The notes: a model not told the origin generated them from the letters alone. 64,000 bases of DNA from Eledone cirrhosa (GCA_964016885.1 OZ024743.1:313348001-313412000); one strand, 5' to 3'; shown: positions 13,002 to 27,407, counted from the stretch's first letter. Program-made: numbers and translations.

Positions 13002-16000
13002 TACCTGCGGCCGGAGCATTTGGAAGCATAATTCATATACATGGTTTCGTCGTTAGTAGTTTTATTCATATTGAATACTATCCATTACACTAGGTTTCTC
13101 AAGTTTTCTCTCCTTCTCCTCATAGACATATTGGATAATAGAATATATGAATAGTATTTGCGGAACAAATTCATTTTCATTTGCTATAGCAAAATGTTCT
13201 GTTCCTCTCTATTTACTAATTTCCTTAAAACGATCGACTTATTGTGATATGATTTCCGGGTTTCACAATTTCAAGAGAGTTTATAATAGATTCTTCTTGT
13301 ATTGATATCTCTAAGCTTTATCTGTTTGAAATGTTGAAAGTATTAAGTATGGTAGTCATTTATTTGTTTGTTTATTTATTCATTGATCTCTAAACTCTTG
13401 ATGGAGTCATGGAGCGTTGTTGGGCATATGGCGTGCCAAGATACTGTAAACGACAAACAAAACTTTAATTTTAAATTAACGTTGAGAATGATAGAGACGT
13501 AGTTGACAAAATATATGCACAAAATATGAATAATGTATGGACTGTGGAAATATTTACGATGGATAGAAAGAGAAAAAAGGTATTTGAGGATTTGGATTAA
13601 ACATTTCATTAAAGTAGAGTAGACAAAGAAAAGAAAGACGACGACGAAAATGAAGTAGAGTCGATAGCAAGTTGAAGAGCAGATGTGATATAAATTGTTA
13701 CATCCTGTGAAATGGGAGAAGTTAGAACAGAAAGTGGAGTAACAAACAAAGTGCCATTAAAAGCAGATCGAGAGGGGGGGGGGGGCAAATTGGATGGCAG
13801 TATGAACGTATGGAGAGAATGAAGGAGAAGCAAAAATAGAAGCGAGTGAGGAAAGTAAGAGAGCGGGGGAAGGACGAGGGAGGAGGGAGAGACAAGTGAT
13901 CTGTGTAGATGTGTGTAAGGGGTTACCTATCAGTAAATCTAAGAGCCAGTGTGAACTAAGTAAGACATTTAGTGAGGGAATAAAGACCAGAAGTATTCTG
14001 TGTGCGTAGAGATGCACAGGGAGCTCTATACAATTGACAGTAGAGATTTATGTGTAGAAATGTGGAAATTTAAAGTTATGAGAACTTAGGGAATTAGTGT
14101 GTATATTTGTGGTCTGGTGTATGTATGTGCGTGAAATGTGCAGCCTTTATGGATGTATGTAGGGCGCGATGTGAATTCAGAACATTATAGGCTGTAACGA
14201 AATATCGCAAATCATTTTGACCGACACTGTAACGATTCTGGGCTGCCATATTTGGAGAAGTAACAAACAATACCAACACTGCTATGGAAGGACAGAATAA
14301 GAGATATTTCATGGGAAAGATAAAATCATGCGGTGAAAGCTATATTCAAAACTTATTTTGAATCAAGCTGTGTTAGTATTATCGCTAATTAATACTAAGC
14401 AGTCAAGCTTTCAGTATATGTAAACTTTCAACAGAGACAGTTTCTTTCCAAATCTATGACGAGGTATAAAAATCCCGAAATACCCGTACTGTAAAAGTCA
14501 TTATATTGTCACAGATTGATATACTCACAGCAAAACTGTGTGTGTATATTCTACATAAATTCATTGTATATAGGTCTTTGTACACTTAGATTTTGAATCA
14601 CGCTTTGTTTGTCCTATTACTATAATCAAAGTACCATTAGAAAAAAGCACAACATCTATATAGCGCTCGTATACCAGTACTGAGGTAGCTATATGATCGC
14701 AGCTTAAAATACTCATAGTGAAGTTATATATATATATTGTATAAGGAACGTATATATTTTATATAGGATCCATTCACACCTTTATTCTGAATCATACTGT
14801 GTTAGAGCTATCGTTAACTATATTCAAAATATTTTAGTAAAAAAGGAATAAATATTTCTGTGTTGAGCACTGATGGTAATCCAAATTTGTTGTCAGAAGG
14901 TGTTAATCTCTATTTAGGAATTATTGTATCTTGTTTTGAAGCAATAGAAGCGCAATCTCTATGCCATCTTCAATTAGCACTGGGAACACGGTTGAATTGT
15001 ACGCTTTCCCAAGTCGAAAAAAGTGAATGTTTTACAGAATTTGTTTAACAATACGACACGGCGTGATTGAGAATGTTGTATAAGAAACAAGAGATAACAT
15101 GTTGACAAATCCCATGATAAACGCGATTGAAATAGACAAATATATGAAGTAAATATTACAGTATGTACGTGTTCGATTGGATATGAAAAAAAAAAAAAAA
15201 ATGAAAGGAACCGATTATTAGAGCGAATTGAGTGAACTATGTTTCCATTCGTCTTTCTATTTCTGGCGCAACTTCAGGCAGAAATGTCACGACATTTCCC
15301 GTGACTGGAGCCGTTATTTTGAACCCAGAACGAGTAGAGCCGTAAGTGATACCACAGATCATGTCGTCCAACTTTGAAAAATTCCGCTAATCCACTGTCT
15401 ATGTACTACTACTTTAACTATCCAGCATCGTACGGAGGAAAGACTAAGTTGGCCCCTCAGGCAGAGAGAGACGAACCATATACTATGATGTATTTAATGA
15501 AACAGTCTAATGATTCTGCCAATTCATTGCCTTGACGATATAGGCACTCTCATAAATATCTGCCAGAATGTGAAATAGTAGAGTCGTTTTAGACATCTCA
15601 CGTCAACAGTCCTAGACTTTTTTATCGTTATTACCACAGACAGCGCTCGGATGAACTTTCCGTTTGGTTCCAGATCACCTTGTGCTATCTCACTTAACTC
15701 AAAACTAACAGTGTCTTCGTTCGGTGGACTGTTGTGGTTCCACGCATAAGGAAGTCGTTCTACGGTCATATATTCTTTCCTTGAACTGCCAGACTAGAAC
15801 TCACGTCCATCTCGTTGTTTCCTTTTTATTATGAGCACTTTCAAGTCTAAAGTAAATTCATTCCTTTCGTTTCAATTTCTCCTTCATTGTCTCGTCCACT
15901 AAGTGGCTTCACGCCTTGTTTGGGACTTTAAAAAATCGTTCTGGAGCTTTGCAATTACAGTTCACCTCGAGTTCAACGTTGATTAAGAAGCTATTTGGCA

Positions 16001-17546
16001 AAGTCGCTAGTAATCCGATTAAATGCCTTGTAGTATTTGTACAGGCTTTCTGCAAACAGGGTTCAAATCTCATCCATGTCATCTTAGACTTTTATTATTT
16101 CGAACTCGATAAATAAAGTATCATTCAAGGGTATTGGATTGGTAGAATTGTTAGATTGTCAGATATGATGGTCTATAGTATATATTACGGCTCATTTTAT
16201 TCTGAGTCCGCCAGTAACGTCACCGGTATCAAACTGTGTCAATCTATTTTCTCCCTTATACAACGTGGGCTCGCATGCGTAGCTGTAGCTCTGCCACAAA
16301 ATCCAGTGCCCAGGCCTGAAACTTGGAGAGGAACTTTCCAGGTGAAGATCCATTTAATATGAAAGATACATGTGTATTATAGAGGAAGGATTTTAGTAGT
16401 TAAGATAAAGCACCCAAACCCACATACACGCACTCATACATAGACAGAGTCACACTAACTCTCAATATCTCTCTCTCTCTCTCACATACACACAAACACA
16501 CACACACAAACACACACACACACACACACATATATACTGTACTGTATTTAGACACTTCCGCTTAACCCCAAACAAAAGCGATTACTACTACTACTTTCAA
16601 GGAAAGAGAAAAGTGGATTAACTCAACCTCAATGTATTATTGGCACTTCATTTTATCGACCCCAGAAGCGTTAAAGGCAAAGTTGACCTTCCTGGGATTT
16701 GAACTCAGGATGTAAGGTGCAGGAACAAACCATTTTACCCAGCACTCTAACTATTCTGCTAATCTACCAATAGTAATACCAAAAACATTATAGAGGATTA
16801 AAATGAAGTAGATTAAAAGAACGCCAAGATGTACGAGGAGAAGGAAGAGGAGGAGGTGGAGGGGGAGAGGGAAGAGGGGGAAGCGGAGGAAGTGGAGGAG
16901 AAGAGTTAATGTTTCTCAATTAGCCAGGAAGTATTTCAGTTGTGTAACACAAGTAGAGTTAAGTGTTCTGCCTTGGGACATATATGGCAGAAACACCAAA
17001 CAATCAAATATTAAAGAAGTAGAAGCAATCGCTATAGATTGTGTTGAAAAATTGAAGAGCATTGAAAATAACATTCCCTTAAGGGAACATTGCATTGCGA
17101 AATCAATAAAATCATATGTATATTGCTTGTGTTTTTCACGTGTTATATAAATATACATAAATATATATAGAAATATATGCACAGAGACCAGGTTTCTATG
17201 AATTTATATGACGTATTGATGCCAGTGATATTTTAACAGCGGATGTGGTAAACATATCCACAACCGTATTTTGCGTCAGGAAAATGTTTTCTAAAAGAAG
17301 TTTCATTTCAATGTATATATTTAAGCAACTTGAAACTTCATTTTCATTTGTTATGAAGCAGGGACTGTGTTCCAGCATTGAATACAGAGGACTGAAAGAA
17401 AGATATATTCTATATCTATCTTAATTGGGTGAAACGAAAACAGAAAAATTACTTCGATTGAAGAAATTCAATGTAACGTGACATCTATTATATAAGACAG
17501 CAACTTCTCTCACATCCTCTGACTCTCTCTTTCTTTCTCTATCTTT

Positions 17547-17650
<104 letters not shown>

Positions 17651-17995
17651 CCGTGAATGTATATGTGTGTATGTATATGTATAAATATCTATATACTCAC
17701 ACACACACATACACACAGAAACACACACACACACACACACACATATATACAGTACATATATATATATATAAAGGTATACGAAGCAAGTCGAAGAGAATAG
17801 GAACAACTTCGACTGTCAACTTATTCACTCAATGATATAGTTAGGTTTGTATTATTAAAACTATAAACCCATTACTCAGAGTACACACATACATTAGTCA
17901 ATAAGACAAATGCCTCATCTGCGTATGATTTTAATATATCAAAATTCCGGACCAAATTTGGTTTCTGCAATTATATATATACATACACACATACA

Positions 17996-18101
<106 letters not shown>

Positions 18102-18112
18102 TATATATATAT

Positions 18113-18296
18113 GTCGTCACATGGTACCAAGGGCCCAGCACTATGTGTCAATAATTGTCACAAGTGTAGTGTTTGTACCAGAGTTTTCAAGTCGCTGGCT
18201 TGAGTAAAAAGTCACACTCGTTCAGCACATCGGTAGGGGTTCTCCTACATGGATATAAAGTAGTGGCCGTACTCGAAAACGAGTTGGCAGCCATCA
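18113..18296 (+). mobile_element. LINE (RTE-like) 3' end fragment
   Basis: C-terminal CSVCTRVFKSLA*VKSHTRSAH C2H2-like motif and a 3' stem-loop actcgaaaacgagt before (TA)n. Confidence 0.45.
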
Positions 18297-18317
18297 TATA
18301 TATATGTATATATAAAT

Positions 18318-19043
18318 AAAATACAGAGTTACTAACTCGTATTGATACCCTGCAATTAACAAGCTCAAAGTATAAATACTGAGCATTATATAATAATATA
18401 TGTAGAAATAAACACAGTAAATTGTGTGTCTAAAATTACGAGGATAGAAATACCACATTGGTTTGAAAGATTTAACCTGAAGCATACGTAAGATATATAA
18501 TAAATATATACAGACCGTATCAATAACTATTTCATCTCTCGGACAGATTAGAGATTTAATCTGTTTCGCCCTGAAAATTGTGTTTGTAACAGATAATCCG
18601 TAGGCTTTCCTCAGCGAGAGATGGAATCAAATGGAACAAACACATGTAACTACAATCCACACGAATGAATATCTCACCTCGTGCGTTGGACGTTAGAAGT
18701 GGTGTGAGTAGATATGCTAGAAATGATAGCCTTAGTACACCCAACTGTATAAGCTCACCTAGTTAGGGATCCAAAATACAAAGAAAATACAGAGTTACTA
18801 ACTCATATTGATACCCTGCAATTAAAAAGCTCAAAGTATAAATACTGAGCATTATATCATTTTCAGGGCGAAACAGATTAAATCTATAATCTGTCCGAGA
18901 GATGAAATAGTTATTGATACGGTCTGTATATATTTATTATACATCTTACGTATGCTTCAGGTTAAATCTTTCAAACCAATGTGATATTTCTACCCTCGTA
19001 ATTTTAGACACACTATTTACTGTGTTTATTTCTACATATATCA
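18318..19043 (-). mobile_element. HHR-containing unit (period 466 bp) with an inverted partial copy
   Basis: 18318-18392 repeats directly at 18784-18857. 18860-19043 is the reverse complement of about 18395-18577. Confidence 0.8.
18534..18622 (-). ncRNA. Complete type I hammerhead ribozyme with all three stems
   Basis: atctctcg CTGAGGA aagcct..agggc GAAA cagatta-aatctc-taatctg TC cgagagat. It has an 8-bp stem I, an 8-bp stem III and a GUC cleavage triplet. Confidence 0.85.
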
Positions 19044-19355
19044 TATATATATATATATATATCAAATCTGGCCTCTCATGTTAGTACCAAAGAACACTCA
19101 CTCTTTTATTCTTTTATTTCTTTGTATTTTCCATTTCTTCATTTTCTTCTTATTATTATTATATTTTAATGTACGCTATCTTAAATTTTACTTGTCACTT
19201 TTTACATCTGTAGCTTCAATATCTATTTACCATACATGTTTTATTATTGATGTTGTTATTTTAATTATACGCTATTATATTATTGATGTTATTGTTTTGT
19301 TTTACGCTACTCCTCTATATAAGTCTTGCCTCGAGTGAATTATTTTCATATCTAC

Positions 19356-19466
19356 GTGATCTGATGTGTTGACCAGTGGTAAACAATGTATTGCAGATCG
19401 ATTGACGCAACCTTAAGTGATTAGCGAACTCTAGACACACGTGACCAACGAAACAATTGTCAGTAC
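19356..19466 (+). ncRNA. Degenerate hammerhead with long stem II insert
   Basis: gtgat CTGATGT gttg...caac GAAA caattg TC agtac. A9 is mutated. Confidence 0.5.
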
Positions 19467-19530
19467 TTGAAATAAAGCCCTTATTGTACAGCCAACCATG
19501 TTACTCTTCTTTCTTTAACTTATATATATA

Positions 19531-19735
19531 AGTTATTCCGGGTTGAATCGGAGATAATCACAGTACGTAAGGTACTCAATACATAGCAGAGTATAAATGT
19601 TTTAATATAGAAAAGCTTCTACAGGACTAGAACTGTTTCATTCGTGAGAAATCATCAGTATTAAAACATTTATACTCCTCTATGTATTGAGCACCTTACG
19701 TACTGTGGTTATCCCCGATTGAACCCGGAATAACT
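19531..19735. mobile_element. Short fold-back element (family B) with a central HHR-like core
   Basis: Inverted arms of about 75 bp. The minus strand centre reads CTGATGA tttctcacgaat GAAA cagttc TA. Related pieces at 23462-23531, 34472-34650, 52371-52523 and 54010-54066. Confidence 0.75.
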
Positions 19736-19767
<32 letters not shown>

Positions 19768-19964
19768 TTGCAAGGTTTTTGATATGAAATCGGGTGTTGT
19801 AACAAATATTGTTATGTTTGGGGAGGATCATATTGTTATAATATTGCCAGAAATAATAACAGAACACATTCATTGTTTGGTTTGGGTTTGTTTTCGCTTC
19901 TGTATCTTTTATATCTCCATACTTACATTTATGCATCAGCTGTATTGGGTGAGAAATAAACTTC

Positions 19965-20051
<87 letters not shown>

Positions 20052-20567
20052 ACTAGAAATTGATTAACATATAAATAAACATGAATAATCACAGGAGATA
20101 ATTTTTACAAGTGTGTAAGCACACATAGCTAGGTAGGTAACTAAATAAAGTTAACCAGAACTTCAAAAATAGATACCTTATAATATGATTAATGTTCCCT
20201 GAATCATATTATTAATCCTATTTTGCGGGTGATATGGCGCATGTCTTTCTGGCATGACACCCATAATTTTGATTATCTTAATTTTAGATATATATATATA
20301 TATATAAATGTATATATTCCATAGCTAAAACTAAGTAAAATTTTCGAATCTTTCATTTATCTGTTCCCAAGTTATTGTATTTTTCATTATAACTTCATAG
20401 CACAATATTAAAGTGGATATTATCCCCACTAGACTCTCCAATTTGATTGACATTTAAAATACCTTTGTGATTCAAGCCAAAGAATCCCTTTCAGAATATG
20501 GCATCGCATGCATACGCCGAATAACTTTCGCACGTACACACACAAATATATCTACATCTATATATAT

Positions 20568-20640
<73 letters not shown>

Positions 20641-21213
20641 CATGCACATACGCATACACAAATAGATATATACATATATATCGATATATACATATATATA
20701 TATATGTAAGAATATTTTCGATACATATATATACATGCATGAATGTGTTTGCCTGTTTCCAGTTTATAAACAACGCATTGCTTCTCAGTGTGTTTGTGTG
20801 CATGTATGAGCGTATGTATAAGAGTGTATTTGTATGTGTATGTATGTAACTATTAGTTTGTGTGTATGTGTGTGTGCCTGTCAGTTTGTGTGTGTACAAA
20901 AGATTTTTCTAAAACAAAACAAAACAGAACCAGATTATATGTGACATTTAAGATGTTCGTTATACAAATATTTGGAGCTCTACTCTACACAATAAACAAT
21001 AAAATATCAAGTTAAATGTTGTATATACCAATTAGCCAAGTCTGCCTTTGCTGTAGTAATTCTATCTAAATATAATAAGCTATACGCTATCGCAAAGCAC
21101 ATTTTGCAGGATTTCATTAATAAAAGGAACAATTTACCCTCGGTTGAGAATTGTCCTGATTTTTATATTTTTTAATGTAAGAAGGTTTTACATTGACTAT
21201 TGGCTTGTATTTA

Positions 21214-21422
21214 CGAGAGTTGGCTGAAAGGTTCATATGTTAACTATGAAGCATTGATACTAGAGCTGTGAAATCTTGTATGCATTAGTTTCAACTTAAT
21301 TTCAACTTTTCTTATCAATAACTGTATTGTTTTTTTCCAAGGACTATGTTGGAAAATAAACCTCATTTGGTCATTCCATGAGAGTATCTTGGTCAGCCTA
21401 TGAACTTTTGAGCCGACCCTCG
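21214..21422. mobile_element. Tc1/mariner-type MITE
   Basis: TIRs cgagagttggctgaaaggttcata / cgagggtcggctcaaaagttcata, with TA on both sides. Confidence 0.7.
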
Positions 21423-22712
21423 TAATTCAGTTTTTGATCTATTGTAACCCTTTTAATATTTGAAAAAGGGAGACAAACGTATGTAAAAAATGGAAAAGGG
21501 GAATAAAGGTGAGGTAAATGTTGGTACTGAAACTGCGCCTGGTTCTATAATATAAAGCTGCCCATGTTAAAGTGGTCATACTTTGATGTCAGAAAATCTA
21601 TCTAAACACAACCTTACTAATGAAACACTCGATTATTTTATTAAATTCATCCAAATTTCTATTATTTTCAGAATTATTTGAAACATATTGGCAGTCTAAT
21701 TTTCGAAAGAAATACGATACCAAAATATTTTGGTCAAGTACCTTTTGTAAGGAATCAATATTATCTGGATTACGGTATTTAAATATGACCCTTTAATTTA
21801 CATTCTGAGTTCAAATAAGGCCAACGTTAACTTTATCTTTCATCCTTCGGGCTGTAATACATGAAGTACCAGTCACACAGAACGGTCAGTATAATCGCCA
21901 GTTCCCTCACTTCATACACAAAATATCTGATCATGTATCTGTATTTGGAATCATTATACCCATAAAATCAGTTGAGTGTGAAATACAGAATAGTAATAAG
22001 GAGGAAAACTTGACTTTGGAGTAGAGCAACAAATATTAAATACTGTAAAAACAAACAAACAACAAAATCATTTAGTGTTGTGCTCCTAAGTTTATACAAA
22101 TCCTCAAGGCCGCCGCAAGGGAGATAATTTTTAGATGTGAGTACAGAAATGTTATCTATTCCAATATAATAATAATTTTTTTCAGGAATAAAAAAAAATT
22201 AAACATTTAGATAGAACGCCAAAACATAGTTCGTGCCCCCAAACCATGCGCTTTAATGGCTACTGGATCTAGTCTGGAACTTAACAATTTCTAACAACTC
22301 TATTGTTGGTTGGATAAAAAAAGTAAAAATAAATAATAAAAACAAAAAAAAAATCTTCATAAGATGCCTGGAGAATAGATATATCAAATTCTTTCAGTAG
22401 ATAAAGTGAAACCGAATAAATAATCATGAATAGAATATATTATAATGATTTATCTGTATTTACTGTTTTGAAGTAGTTAGTAGCTATCATTGACACAGCT
22501 TCAAAATGATTTCCCCTTTTAATTTTTGATTACATAGCAACAAAATACAATAGTAAAAAATAAAAAAACAGAGACAAAACAGAATAAGCCAAAACGAAAT
22601 AAAAACGAAAAACAAATTGTGTTTCAAACATTTTAAATGAATGCATATAAAACGATGCGGGAAATATTATTTTGAAGATTTTTAACCGTCTTACAGAACA
22701 CGAACGCGTGTA

Positions 22713-23030
22713 AACTATTTCCGGATGCGCTGTGTTCCATGAAGTAAACTTTGCGAAAGCCGGCAACTACTTCCGGTAGCGAAACCAGAAAGGGGTCCTG
22801 AGCTGCTTGGAGTATATATTCGATTCTCCGTCGATTTCGTCGAAGAAAATTTAGTTGTTCGATAAATAGAACGTCCAACTATTTCCGGATGTGTTGTGCT
22901 CCATGAAGTAAACATGCGAAAACTATCCATTACGGTAACTAAACCAGAACGAGGTTGCGGGTTACTTGTAGAATATATTGGATTCTCCCTCGGTTACAAC
23001 GGTGAGCTGTCAGTTGTTCGATCAGCTTAA
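22713..23030. repeat. Diverged tandem duplication, period about 164 bp
   Basis: aactatttccggatg...ccatgaagtaaac at 22713 and 22877. Confidence 0.6.
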
Positions 23031-23683
23031 TGTGCAGCTCGTGAAGTAACGTGTTAGCGGTTGGGAATTACACAGCCACGTGTACCATTAACATCATTCT
23101 CAAGCAGAACCAACGTGACAAGACCGGACTTTTGAATGACACAGATAAAGTTCATCTTATATTGTGATTAAGCATCTCACAGACACGAGTATCCCCAATG
23201 TATTTCTCTTGGAGATTCAGCGTGACACATTATGTGACGATGCTGGACCTTTAAGTTACAAATACTGTATAATCGGTAGGTTTCATTATAGTTTCCGTCT
23301 ACCCAATCAAAATGAAAAGGCTTGAATAGTTTTAAAGCTCAGGTAAAGAACATGCACAAGATGTGCCATGCATTAGGATTGATTTAAGACCCCATGATTG
23401 CTAAGCGACTTTCATAACCATCCAGCACACAATAAGTACTATTATGTGTAGTAAAAAGCAATATTTATACTCTGCTATGTATTGAGTACCTTACTTACTG
23501 TGGTTATCCCCGATTGAACCCGGGATAAACTTATATATATATTTAAAGGTTAAACAAGGTTCAATGAATAAATCAAAGAATGAGTTTTACAATAGATTGG
23601 AAGCACTCAACAGTAATGGTTTTCCGGAGTTATTAATATTAATTCTAAATATTAACAAAATAGATATTCTTGTGATCAAGTAT

Positions 23684-23748
23684 ATTTTATTATACATATT
23701 TCAGAGGTACTGAGTTAACTTCAACAGTACGTCCTCATCAGATAAAAT
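23684..23748 (-). ncRNA. Hammerhead ribozyme (family D)
   Basis: attttat CTGATGA ggac-gtactg..cagtac-ctct GAAA tatgta TA ataaaat. Confidence 0.8.
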
Positions 23749-26504
23749 AAGATTATGCATGACATACCCTGACATAGTAGATGGTTCAGATTCAGTCATG
23801 GTAGTGAGTAATATATGACAAAACTCAATATTTATATACCTTAATATTGAAAACATGAAAAAAACTACATATAATACATATAATAGAGAGGGTGCGTGTG
23901 AGAAAGCTTAAAAAATATATGGCAGCAATATAACTGTTAAAGATCAAATAATTTAAATTACTAAAGAAAGCGGAAAGAAAAGAAAGCATAGAGGAAGAAA
24001 CAGATGAGGAGATAATATAGCTAGTAGGAGCCTAGAAAACAAAAGAGAGTTGATTACAGAGAGAGAGATAAAGAGGAATAACTTTTATAGTGTAATAATT
24101 TAGGGAGATATTAAATTAGAACAACATTTGGGCTTAGCTTTAGGAAAAAGGAAAAAAAACAAACTCAATTCATTGAATTATTGAAATATCTAAAAATATT
24201 CATCAATCGGAATTTTAAATATAATTGGGTGTATTCAGATGAAGGTTAATACCATATATATACAATATATATCCAAACATATCTGGTTGACCGTTAACAT
24301 TCAAATCATTTAATTTAAGTTAGTTCAGAGTAATGAATAATATTTTAGGTTATAAAAGTTAATAAATATCTGTATTAATATTAAAGTATACTATCATATT
24401 TAATTCATGAAATCAAATTTTATGAAATCAAATTTAAACACGAGAAAGAAAACATATTGTTTTTACAACCTCACGAAGGTAAACTACTAAATTTATTATA
24501 TAATATTAAATTATTTATATTATATTGAAAATAGTTTATATTATATAATTTAGAAAATAATTACAGTTATCATTTTTAAAGAATTTTAGGATTTACAATT
24601 TGCATGCCTAAAGGATCAACAGGCCTTATAATTAAACTTAAAAAAGTTTGATTATTAAATTATATATATGCGTCTATCAAAAAAATACACAAAGATTATA
24701 TTGTCTAAAGACTTAAGATGATACCTCTCAATTAGACATAACATAATACAATACAATAAATAAGTTACTGAACATTTTAGATCAATTATTGTGATAGGAT
24801 CATTTAATAGATATATACTATAAATATACAAGTCAAAACTTCATGAGTCCTAAGGATAAGGACTAGATTCAAAATAAAATGTGAAAAAAGTAAAAATAAT
24901 GAATTGTTTGCGATCATAAAAGTGCCCTCTTCTAAATTGTTCACGAAGATGATAGAAAGAGGAGCTAAGGATTTGAATGACCCGAAGGTAACCCGAATTT
25001 AATTAAAATAAATTAAATTAAATTAAGTAATAATCGTTATATAATTTAGAACATTAAGGAAATATCTAACAATTATAACAATAGAGAGTCATTTGAGTAT
25101 CCAAATTACTTATAAATGTAACGAGGAGCATGTTATTATACTAGATAAACAAATTTGTTCAAATATATATAGGGAATGTTATAGGTATTAGTGAAACGAT
25201 ATACATATAATAAATAAATAATTACAATCATTATTAGTTATGTTATAATTGTAGTTTTAAATTCAGTTCAGTGGAAAGGAAGACCAATATTTGTCGACTA
25301 GTATGATTTGTGACTTTTATACCTAAATATATATTAAAAAATATATATGTACAAATCTAACTTTCTGAATCCTAAAAGATATTCAAAATGAGTAAAATAT
25401 ATAAATGCATGAATGATTTACGGTTCAATTATAACCGGTAATCTTACAAGTTATATATCCAAATTATATATTTAAAACAAAAACAAATATATAATGATCC
25501 CAATCTAAATTATATATATCTAAAATAATCCAAAGGTGTGCATATTCATCAAGAGAACAAGTTAACACATAATATGTCTATATACCTAAACAGGACCCTT
25601 CAGTCTAACATTAATTCTATCATAAATGAATAGAAAATAAAACATTATTAAAGTTTTATAATCTGTTATAACGTTTTAGGTACACAGTTGATAAGAGACG
25701 TCAAAAATTAAAACCTGTTTATTTAGTGTTTTTTCCTGACTTTTTGCGAGGCTTGGAATGTAGATAAAGCTTTATGAAGGCAGTTTGAGAATAATTCACT
25801 TTTTTTCATAAAATTTGATTTTATAAATTAAATATGATAGTATACTTCAATATTAATACAGATATTTATTAACTGTTATAACCTAAAATATTATTCATTA
25901 CTCTGAACTAACTTAAATTAAATGATTTGAATGTTAACGGTCAACCAGATATGTTTGGATATATATTGTATATATATGGTATTAACCTTCATCTGAATAC
26001 ACCCAATTATATTTAAATTCCGATTGATGAATATTTTTATATATTTCAACAATTCAATGAATTGAGTTTTTCTTTTTTTTCCTTTTTTCGTTTTTTTCTC
26101 TTTTTCCTAAAGCTAAGCCCAGATGTTGTTCTAATTTAATATCTCCCAATATTATTACATTATAAAAAGTTATTCCTCTTTATCTCTCTCTCTGTAATCA
26201 ACTCTCTTTTGTTTTCTAGGCTCCTACTAGCTATATTAACCCCTCATCTGTTTCTTCCTCTATGCCTTTCTTTTTTTTCCTCTTTCTTCAGTAATTTAAA
26301 TTATTTGAATCTTTAACAGTTATATTGCTGCCATATATTTTTTAAGCTTTCTCACACGCACCCTCTCTATTATATGTATTATATGTAGTTTTTTTCATGT
26401 TTTCAATATTAAGGTATATAAATATTGAGTTTTGTCATATCTTACTCACTACCATGACTGAATCTTAACCATCTACTATGTCAGGGTATGTCATGCATCA
26501 TCTT

Positions 26505-26569
26505 ATTTTATCTGATGAGGACGTACTGTTGAAGTTAACTCAGTACCTCTGAAATATGTATAATAAAAT
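26505..26569 (+). ncRNA. Hammerhead ribozyme (family D, mirror copy)
   Basis: Identical core and stems to 23684-23748. Confidence 0.8.
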
Positions 26570-26911
26570 ATACTTGATCACAAGAATATCTATTTTGTTA
26601 ATATTTTGAATTAATATATATATATATCATAAATCATGTCTTTAGAACATCAGATAATAAAATATATACTATTTCTTCTTCTAATTAGCATAATTAACCA
26701 TATAAAAAATCAATCAGAAGAAGCTATAAGAATAAATGCTCTTATGGGGAAATCTCCGACAAATAACCGACCGCAGCCTCTTCGCGGCGGCCCCAGTCGA
26801 GTATTTATCCAACATTTCGACAGCATGTAGAAACTGACTAAATATACCATCAGTCATACACAATTAGTTGTATAATTAAACTTAGAAGAAATGCGCACAT
26901 ACCGTAATTAT

Positions 26912-26987
26912 ATCTCTACCATGGTTTCTTCCTTATTTTGGACATCCAAATAATAGGAATGTCCTGAGTTAGGATTCATCAGGAGAC
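26912..26987 (-). ncRNA. Hammerhead ribozyme with extended stem II
   Basis: gtctc CTGATGA a-tcct..ggacat..atgtcc..agga-a GAAA ccatgg TA gagat, with palindromic CCATGG. Confidence 0.8.
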
Positions 26988-27407
26988 AAACTCAAAATCA
27001 GACATCTAGTTTTTCAATCCGATCCCGCCAAAATTAGATTCAAAAATGGGTAAAAATCGCTATGTGGCTGTGTTCAAGCCAGAGAGAAAGAATGTGATTG
27101 GTTGCTTACGGCGGGTAGGCTTGCTGCTAGAAAGCGCAGCCAAATATCGCCAAATTTAATCTCAACCTATTGGGAGATTATTAAATATAAAGGTTAACAT
27201 ATACATAAAGTTATAAATATATATATGTTGCAACTGTTCACTTTTAAGCTCTATGAAGAGTTAATAAATTAAAAAATCGTAAAGGGACATAACTATGCTG
27301 GAAAGCATGTCGTCCGATCCTCTACCGATACTGCCAATCCAATGATCTTAATATTGAGGATGAAATACCCGTAAATTAAAATATGATATAGTTTGGCTTA
27401 TTTCGCA

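Larger units (their letters stand above)
23545..26615. mobile_element. Large fold-back element (family D): about 800-bp inverted arms around a 1.4-kb AT-rich spacer, tail at left
   Basis: About 23630-24430 is the reverse complement of about 25805-26615. The tail is homologous to 58800-58925, and a related HHR piece lies at 55485-55700. Confidence 0.85.

Noticed and set aside
15524-16362. Higher-complexity block that looks like decayed coding sequence
   Set aside because: Multiple stops in every frame and no motif I can name with confidence.
16916-17400. Non-repetitive minus-strand ORFs after an acceptor-like tctttctttcag
   Set aside because: Short, with no recognisable domain. It needs a homology search or expression data.
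22735-22770. ccatgaagtaaactttgcGAAAgccggc in the 164-bp tandem as an HHR
   Set aside because: The core lacks a base of CUGANGA and there is no UH after the palindrome.
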